A stretch of 63,248 nt of DNA, the filler included, from Neolecta irregularis DAH-3 (Eukaryota), in assembly GCA_001929475.1 (NCBI GenBank). It is 7 parts of 7 records of this genome, joined end to end, with 100 filler letters (N's around TTAATTAATTAA, not from the genome) between each part and the next. Parts side by side here need not be neighbours in the genome. Positions count along the whole stretch, not along the records: positions 43,135 to 59,630 come from LXFE01000558.1; positions 59,731 to 60,908 come from LXFE01000562.1; positions 61,009 to 63,248 come from LXFE01000564.1; 4 more parts are not named here. One strand, written 5' to 3'. The translations under genes were made by a program, and so were the position numbers. Within the stretch, counting starts at the first letter, position 1. The number at the start of each line of letters is the position of its first letter. This document shows, piece after piece, positions 55,118 to 63,248 of this stretch. The notes below the pieces were generated by a model that saw only the letters and a program-made list of their open reading frames with translations, was not told the DNA's origin and made no database searches.

Positions 55118-57187
55118 TTAGCTTTCCCTCTGTAAAAATTCCCAGGCTCGTTTTCTCACATCAAATAAACTGCCTATATCCCGTCCGCCTCTCATGATCC
55201 GAAAAAGCTTAAACGCATTTCCATTGGTTCTAACTTCCCTTCCTATTCTTCCATCTTCCTCGAGCATCAATCCTTCAAGCATAGTTGGACTCCGTACATC
55301 TTTCAGAGTCTTGATATTTCCATGAGTAAGTTCACTTGAGGGTCCAGTGGGGCACTCGAATGTCAGCAGGCCTCGGTCATCTACTGCGATTAACCGAACA
55401 TTTTTAGTCACTGAAAACGAGGATCGAAATTTTCCAGCTTCAGAGGCAAATCCGCGATTATAAGTCCAGATATCACCAATTTGGAGATATCCATGTTCAA
55501 ACATTTGGGACATCCGGATCTGGACTTGTTCGCCTGCTAGTGCTCTGCTTGGTGGCACCGACTTCTTCTTCACAGGATTTATCTGCCTAGACGTCGGTTT
55601 GCCATTATATAAAACTTTGATTCGCTTTATAGGCATCGCAATAGTTTCGTTTGGTATTATTGCTAGTGGTCTCACGCGCTTTTCAGCACTTTGTTTAATC
55701 GAAATGATGGTAGAGTTAGGAACTTTAGAATCATTTGTCTCAATCGTTTTCCGGTATTTCTTTGCCTCTTTTGCCTTTTGCTCATAATCTGTTGACATTT
55801 TCCCAGTTTTTAGATCAGTCTGGAGATTAGTGCAATGCTCTTGGAAGGCCTTATTGTTGAAGAGCATTGGCTTTATATCATATCCGAAATCGCGCTTATC
55901 AAAGGAAGGAAGAAGCGCTAGGCAATCTCTCTTCTCAGAATGAGATAACATATCCCAACATTGCTGAGATATCAGAGTCTCTGAATTAGGAATCGGTTTT
56001 TCAAGGAGAGACATACGTCCAGCTTGGCGGTCGCAACTGGACTCTCCGGATTGGAAAGAAGTGTATCCACAGTCCATTTGGAGTCAATTTTCCGCCGTTT
56101 GTAATTCCTTTCAATCACTGGTGGTGGCGATGCCCTTCGCTTATCTTGAGAAGAAGTTTCGCTTATGGCATCATCATCAATTTTCATTAATCCCATGGCG
56201 TTTGTGGCACGTCTTCGACTTATTCGAGTATTTGGATCTATGCCATCCATAACTCTGATTTCTGGTGTTTCGAACTGACTTAGCGAGGAAGCCGATGGAA
56301 TAGGAGACTTCTCGTATTTTTGATTAGGTCTGGGTGATAGGCATGTTGACTCTCGAAAACATTGTTGGAATTCATCCATTGTGGCACGCCCAGAGTTGTG
56401 TCTTTGATGGCTATGAATGTCGGCTATATATGGATTTAAATAACGTGGCGGATGAAAGGTTGTAACTTTTGGAAAATCCGTATCATCGCTAATTAATGAG
56501 CGACTAATCACGATCAAATAGAGCTTGTACGTTTCTGAATCGCTATTTTCGTTGGTAAATGGCACTTGAATAAGAATAGGGGGCTTTGTTGTGGAAGTGA
56601 CTCGGCATTCCATCTTGACATCAGGGGAGACCGGCATACTTGGATTTCTCCGTAGTTAGTCAAACCTACAATTCAACGCAGGGCAAACCTAAATATATGT
56701 TGTTGTGTGATTGATTCTCGAGGAACAACAATTGGCACCGTGTATCTGGAAAGTTCATGAGTTTTCGTATTTGATACATTGTTATTTCTTCCGTTTTCAT
56801 GACCAAAACTTGGTGAAAGTCCAAAAACTTCCCCGAGAGATATAAACACGTTTCTGGAATTAGAGGCAATAGAGCGATTCTGGAAAATTAGTATTTTGTG
56901 GAAAGGAATGATTATGATACGGAACATGAAGATCTATTGGAATGCGGTAGTATAGCTATTGGATCCTCCTTCACTTCCAAAGCACGTCTAGTTTCCATCG
57001 AGCATACCTGATCACAACCTAACCCTGCATTATCACCTATGGAAGACAGTCTTTCAAGAGCGGAATCTTGTCTCCGAGCAGGTTGCGAGGTGGAACTCGA
57101 TGTTCCGGAAATATTTGATGCGAGATTCTCCTGCACGTCTACAACCATGGAAAAGATGTCGAAAGGTTCGTCTTCGTCCGTGGACAT
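55118..57187 (-). CDS. ASX-homology (DEUBAD) domain protein with C-terminal RAMA-like domain; 5' exons uncertain
   Basis: LLSNPESPVATAKL..CWDMLSHSEKRDCLALLP..FQEHCTNLQTDLKTG; C-terminus GYLQIGD..SPT..NGNAFKLFR..GSLFDVR. Confidence 0.7.
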
Positions 57188-57922
57188 TGCCAAAGAAGAA
57201 CCGAGTGTGCTAGAATGGGGTTGAAGGTGAACAGCGATGATGCCACAGCGGCGACGAGAGTGGTGGTTGCCTTGCGCGAGCCCACTTGAATCCGAGCCGC
57301 TCTTCCTTTGCAGATTTCGTTTTGTACAGCGATATTCGAGAAGTAGCATATCTCAGCACGGGCCAGGAAGGCTTCATCAAAGCTTTTTATACTGCTGCCA
57401 ACCCTGATACTGTCTTCCATTGATCTCAGAGTGAAATACACCTTCCAGCTTAGACGCTATAATCTGGAATGCATGATATTCATCAAAGCTCAAGGGCGCT
57501 GCTTTCAAGAGCTTTGCACAACAAGTTGTCAAGTGTGGATATCCAAGGGACTGGACTACTGCCACAATATATGTTAGCAACAGAGCTTCCATTAAGGCTA
57601 TGCCATGTCAAGTTATGTTCGTCTGGTCAAACGAACGCGGTCTTCTCTATGAGCCTTAGTTTCGCCCGAGTATGCCTTTGAACACGTAGTGGGCTATCTA
57701 CAGTGTCAAAAAAATAATTAAATCGCGAGTGAAAGCCATTGTCTCTTGCATACACAGAATTTCACTCTGAGTTAATAAAGTTCATTACAGATGAGGGCCT
57801 ATTGACATAGATATAACTCATTTGTCTTAAAATAGTAACCTTTTCATAGCAACAGCTAAAAGATCTTCAATGGTAGCTTTTTTTACTGTGAACAAATATT
57901 ATTACATGGGGCAGATCTCTGT

Positions 57923-58013
57923 GAGTGGGCGGCTTAGTAATCGGCCCGCCCGCCAGAGCCTCTCTAGCGAGCGGTTGGGCGGGCTGTTGGGCAGATATCT
58001 AAGCCGCCCACTG
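57923..58013. mobile_element. 91-bp miniature inverted-repeat element
   Basis: 25-bp imperfect TIRs with perfect core agtgggcggcttag / ctaagccgcccact. Confidence 0.7.
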
Positions 58014-58390
58014 ATGCCTACTTGCTTTCCTTCTTTTTGCTTACCTTTCCCTCGGCATGTTTGTGAAATGGATGTTAAGGCCAGCTAGGTCCTTCCCTCT
58101 AAACAGTAGTCAGATAACGAGCCAAACTTTAGTCTAGTTGTTCGCCAAAATGTCCAATTGTCTCGTCCCCTTTTTGTAGCTCTAGCTAGGCCGGTAAGAT
58201 TATTGTTTGTTTCCACCACTGATAAAGATACTGTAATGATTATGTAAGAAAGGGGAATCCTTCCGCTTAAAAGGGGGAGGCGTAGTATTAGAATCCCGGT
58301 TTTTTCGCTTATAGAAGGTGCTGCGTTCTCGTCTCTCACTTCTCGCACCTAGACACAGTTTACTTCCTCTACTCTGACGCAATATCCACC

Positions 58391-58536
58391 ATGCAAATTA
58401 TGTCTGTCGCAATCCTGGCTTTGACCATCCTCTCAAGTACTTCCTTGCTTTAATTGGAGTTCATGATTTAGCACTCGCTGCTCCTATCAGCGACTATGGA
58501 AGACCCAATTTCGGCTTAGAACTATTTTCTTCATGA
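58391..58536 (+). CDS. Candidate 36-aa secreted peptide (one intron)
   Basis: CCACCATG context; GT-AG intron 58437-58471 gives MQIMSVAILALTILSTLAAPISDYGRPNFGLELFSS*. Confidence 0.4.
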
Positions 58537-58930
58537 AATGTTCCTTTGGTGCTGAGTTTCATTATTTTCGTATGCTTTTCAGTGTTGTTGGAGAATTCCA
58601 CGAGAATGTAGTGGAACAGAGATTTATTGTGTATTTTAATGAAAAGCTTTTTATTTCGCCAGTCTCGCCTCTGCAGGTTCTCTCTACAGTCCTGTTTGCA
58701 TTGAATATGAGGGGTGATGGCAAGAGTCATTCTCGTCTCGTGCTGCTATTATAGTTAAACCTGGTTATAATGAATGTGGCTTGGCAGGGTGTTCAGTTCG
58801 TCATAAGGCGTGCAGTACGAACATGATATAGTAATCATTTGGAGGATATTTTAATCATACATTAACAATGAGGCCCATCTAACAAATATCCATTGATAGT
58901 TTAATTTTATAGGCATGGAAATAGGGGGAC

Positions 58931-59119
58931 TGTAAGAATGTACCATTTGAGTACACCTTGCAATACGGCAAGAGACGCGGAATCATATTGCGGTCTTAAT
59001 GGCCGGATATAAACTTGATGTGATTAGAATACCCAGCCTAAGATACAGCACTTAGGCATAGCATGTTTCCCTAGGAGATACAACACTTAGGCTAGTACTA
59101 TAAACCTCCAAATCTTACA
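58931..59119 (+). mobile_element. Solo LTR (189 bp)
   Basis: TGTAAGA...TCTTACA inverted ends; 5-bp flanks GGGAC/GGGCC; internal TATA. Confidence 0.8.
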
Positions 59120-59298
59120 GGGCCGAAAATAGAGAATTGAATATAATGTATGTGGTACGAAAATGATATTTTAATCTTTTGGAAGATATTGAAAGGGGTC
59201 TCTTGTTTGGTTTTTTCTTTGGTCGGTGTCTAGGTTTCTATAACCGATACGGCTGTTTCTGATTCCTATAAGTAGACCTGTAGGCACTTGCTTGTAGG

Positions 59299-59795
59299 CA
59301 GACTTGCTAATAAGTAAGTAAGTCCAAGTCTGGACTTTATATTTCAGGCCTTTGGACTTACTTACTTGGACTTACTTGCTATTTTACTTGCAAGTCTGGA
59401 CTTACTTGTCTGGACTTGCTAGATAAATTTTTTTACAGTGTGTCCACCTGCCCGCCCGACCCCGCCAGAGACCCTCCAGCGGGCGGGCAGGTCAATCAAT
59501 CTCCGACAGGCGGGCGGGCGGGTCAAAACGTTTCCGGCAGGCGGGCGGGCAGGTCAACCATTTCTTTTGACAATTAGGATAGGTGCAATACAATATTCAC
59601 TAAATAACCAAAATTGCTAACATAGAATGANNNNNNNNNNNNNNNNNNNNNNNNNNNNNNNNNNNNNNNNNNNNTTAATTAATTAANNNNNNNNNNNNNN
59701 NNNNNNNNNNNNNNNNNNNNNNNNNNNNNNCCAAAATGAGCAAGTAAGCAAGTCCAAAGGCCAGACTTGGACTTACTTACTTGATAGCAAGTCTG
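59299..59795. mobile_element. hAT-like DNA transposon termini flanking a gap, with a second GC-rich terminus nested at 59436-59560
   Basis: 35-bp inverted termini cagacttgcta..aagtaagtaagtccaagtctgg (2 mismatches); 8-bp flanks differ, so the ends may belong to different copies. Confidence 0.7.
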
Positions 59796-59799
59796 AGTG

Positions 59800-60010
59800 T
59801 ACTTTGTCTGTCTGGACCGGCCAGAGAGTACATTGCTGAGAAGGGGTGTTCATTGTCTACCTGGACCGGGTAGAGTGGACAGTCCTTGACATGATCCCAG
59901 TTTACCAGTATCTGGGTTATCAAAATCTGAGCATACTTTGTCTGTCTGGACCGGCCAGAGAGTATGCTACTTGAAGAAGTGTTCTTTGTCTACCTGGACT
60001 GGGTAGAGAG
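59800..60010. repeat. Imperfect direct repeat, ~135-bp period
   Basis: tactttgtctgtctggaccggccagagagta at ~59800 and ~59935; tgtctacctggacYgggtagag twice. Confidence 0.75.
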
Positions 60011-60698
60011 AATCTTCTTGACAGGATTCTACAGTTTTGCCACAGTCATTGCCACCGTCGCACCTCTGTCTTCACTTGAATTTTCGGGTTTCAACTTCAA
60101 CATGTCCTAGAATCACCAATTTCCCTCCAAAGTTATCGGTCTTGGTGTCATTCTGACCGTCTCGTCCTGCTCGTCATGCTCCTAAAAGATCGCTCGCACA
60201 TATTGTTTCTAGAAGTCTTGCTGATGAGTTGAAGGAACCATACGTTTTAATCGTTGAACGCTGGCGAAATGCTCAGTTGATGTCCGTTCAAAGCGATATT
60301 TTAATAGCACGTTCCTCTCGTCACTCTCTACCTGCTCGTAAAGTTTCAAATCGCTAGCTTCAATATTGAAGCCTACGCGATCGATTTTACGCTTTTCGTT
60401 AATTTTGCTCCAATTCCAGAGATTTTGGTACCGTTCTGATCGTATCGTCACGCCCGTTCTCCTCATCTAGTATGAATTCATATTCATCTATGTTTCATGC
60501 TCTGGGGCTGATTTTAAGTTTTCGGTTCAATTTCCTCACCCGAGTTTTGCTCCGTTCGATCTGACATTTCAGTATGTTATTCACCTCGTCTTTCACTACC
60601 TGCTCCTAAAATTACACTTTGATACCTCGAAAACTTAGGCCTCTGCAATCGTTTTTGTCAATGTCATCAATCAGTTTCCCCTACCTTCTCTTTTTTTC

Positions 60699-60908
60699 AA
60701 AGGGGGGAGGAGTGTAAGCATATATGCTTACTACATTTCTCTCTACTGCTTCGTTCTATCTGTTGTCCTACTATTCTTTCCTTTATCTCCTTGTTTTCCC
60801 TGCTACCCTGTTGTTCCTTTTCCTTTACAAAGGGGGAAGGAGTGTAAGCATATATGCTTACTACCTTTCTATCTATTGTACTATGTTCTATTACTGTTGT
60901 ATCTGCTA
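60699..60908 (+). mobile_element. Tandem polypurine tract + LTR-start units (130-bp spacing)
   Basis: aaagggggRaggag-TGTAAGCATATATGCTTACTAC at 60699 and 60829. Confidence 0.7.
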
Positions 60909-61008
60909 NNNNNNNNNNNNNNNNNNNNNNNNNNNNNNNNNNNNNNNNNNNNTTAATTAATTAANNNNNNNNNNNNNNNNNNNNNNNNNNNNNNNNNNNN
61001 NNNNNNNN

Positions 61009-63248
61009 ATCATTAGAGTTAATATTGCCTTATAATAGCACAATATGTAAAACCAAAAGTTAACAATATAGATAGGGTTAAGATAGTAAATAACTTGCAG
61101 ATAGAGTTAATCGATTGTTGATTAAAAGTATTGAAGTGTTGAAAACAAAGAATCCATACCACAACATCGGAAGCAGAACCATGCCAAGCAGATAGAATAG
61201 TGAATCCCAAGCAAGATAGATGATAGTAAAAATCGTGGAGGAAGCAGGGAGGAGGGAGCTTGACTGAGGTGTTGCAATATTGACTTGTTAGGCGTAAATT
61301 CTCAGTTTAGCATTTCTTTACAACACTCTCCCCTCTAGATGATGACTATGAGGGAACCTGAGTAGGAGACGTGGAATACTTCATACAACGAGGATAAGAT
61401 ATAAGGATTGAGTGGGGATATAGGTGTAGGTAAAATTGATCAAGTGAAGAAAAGAGAGAACAGTTGAGATGAGGTCGTGAATAGACTCCATAATTAGGTA
61501 GAGATGCCCAAGCTGCATGACAGAAATCATTTAAGCCAATGGCCATTAATTCTTGTTGAATCCTAGGTTCCTTTCTCTTTGACATTGTTGAATAGTGCTG
61601 GGATGACTTCAAGTATATTGTTAACTTCTTCAGTATTGTTAACTTCAATTCCAAAGTCCTGTAGTTGTCTCATCAGTTGATCGAGTCTGTGTTGATGAGT
61701 CTTCAAGTCTGGTGAATAGGCAATGATATCATCCTAGTAGCATTTGATTCCTTCAAGTCCTGATAAGATAATCGTCATTCCTCTCATCCAGGTTGCTGGG
61801 GCATTGCATAATCCAAAAGGCATACAAATACATTCGAATGTACCATACTGAGTCTTCACAGCAGTCAAGGGGATATCTTCTTCTTGTACTTGAGTGTGAG
61901 GGTATGCATCCTTGACATCAAGCTTTGCAAAGATCTTTCCTTCCTGGATTCATTTGAGTAATATATCTAGTCTTGGGATTGTTGTTTGGTCTGGGATAGT
62001 GTTGGAATTGAGCTTCTAATAGTCATGCACACAACGAAAGTGCTTCAGGAACTGTTCCAATTAATCTTCCTCTGATAAGCTGAGGAACTGTTGACTCTGG
62101 AGCTCTAATTTCTTCTTATGGGGTTTGCTGACAAAGAATGCTGCTGAGGCGATCTATGATGATGATGGTCACATTCTTCTGGTCTTAACCTCTCGTTCAA
62201 AGTACATCTTCAAGAATGGGAGGTAGGCATCTGGAACTTTGATGATTGGTGAATTCACTTGTTCATTTGGATCCAATAATGTAATGACATGTTCAATAGG
62301 AAATTATGGTAATGGTTTCAACTTAGGCTCAAAGGTTCTGGCATATCTCTTAAAGAATTTCATGGTCCTTTCTTCAATTTCGCTTGGTTCCATCTGATTA
62401 TTTGTTATCTTCTGTTTATTGATATTTGGATCTTTATTCTGTTGATTAGGTAGACTACGGGCATCTGGTAGAGTACTTTCATCATTCTGTACTTTGTTAT
62501 GGTATTTATTTTCAAGTTGGATTGCAAGAACTTTCTTCAAATTGATTTCTATATCCTTTAATGTTTTGTCTTTTGTATAACTAGAGGTAGACATGTCTGT
62601 TTGCTATTGTTTGACTTGTGCTGAGATCTCCTCACTTGTGGGCATCTTTCTTTGTCTTAGGATATTCTGATTAGCAACTGCATTCCCCTCCAATTCGAGG
62701 TCACTAATCATAAAACTCCTTGGATCCCATGATATCTTTGCTTTTTCAGCTTCAAGAAATGGAATACTAAGTATAGCATCATAGTGATTCATATTCAAAT
62801 AAAAGAAAGTTGTGATTGCATTTCCATTCAGGTAAATCTTCATGTGAAATCTCTAGATTAATCTCTGCATTAGTTTTAGCCTTAGATCCTTTGACAATGA
62901 AGTTAAGGCTAGTTGGTATCTTGGGTCATTTAGGCTTAAAGTTACGGGCTTGAGAGAATGATTGAGGCTAGTAGGTTTACTGAGCTGCCAGTATCCATAA
63001 GACATCTTGCCTTATTTCCATTGAGTAGGAGTGTTGATATCAGCATTTGACTCCTTGGTTTGACAGAATGTATGTTGATGGATCCTTTTACTGCTTGTGC
63101 ATAAGTTCGTTTTGGGTTTAGTTAAGTTATTGTTGCTTGCTGAAGTAATATAGTTGATTGCTGGGGTAACATTGTTGCTTGTTGGGGTAATGACATTGTT
63201 GCTTGCTGAGGTAACATCATTGATTTCTGGGGTAATGAAGTTGATTTC
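61009..63248 (-). mobile_element. Degenerate, internally deleted Ty3/gypsy element (gag repeats, protease, RT, PPT, 3' LTR)
   Basis: YDAILSIPFL protease tail; HDY*KLN..AKLDVKDAY..MPFGLCNAPATW..Y*DDII; PPT agaggggagag 61336-61326 followed by TG at 61325. Confidence 0.88.

Noticed and set aside
59299-60010. Short repeats resembling a CRISPR array
   Set aside because: Eukaryotic context, no regular unique spacers, no cas genes; transposon subterminal repeats explain them

Overview
Eukaryotic (fungal, ascomycete-like) genomic DNA, gene-dense, with many short introns (mostly 35-50 nt). An early-diverging ascomycete (Taphrinomycotina) is plausible from gene content, but that is inference. Six artificial N-TTAATTAATTAA-N linkers join the contigs (30912-31011, 32958-33057, 36277-36376, 43035-43134, 59631-59730, 60909-61008), so adjacency across them is uncertain. 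Bases 1-30.9 kb carry mostly housekeeping genes: CTF1-alpha/FarA-like transcription factor, MCD4, MRP21, SNU71, MFS transporter, tgt, HIS2, F-box/LRR, Zn2Cys6 factor, DML1, TIM21, GLO3, MRPL32 and an OYE. The same stretch has two tandem FAM49/CYRI (Rac1-interactor) homologues, which are unexpected in a dikaryan fungus. The rest mixes a P450, MCM3, a STE3 pheromone receptor, APS1, a mitochondrial AsnRS and an ASXH protein with decayed Ty3/gypsy elements, solo LTRs and hAT/pogo MITEs. The two most striking observations are the CYRI pair and a 6.66-kb MCM3+STE3 contig whose two ends are the same 109-bp sequence in inverted orientation, making it a candidate invertible mating-related cassette. Exon boundaries were read by eye and homology calls come from remembered motifs, not database searches.
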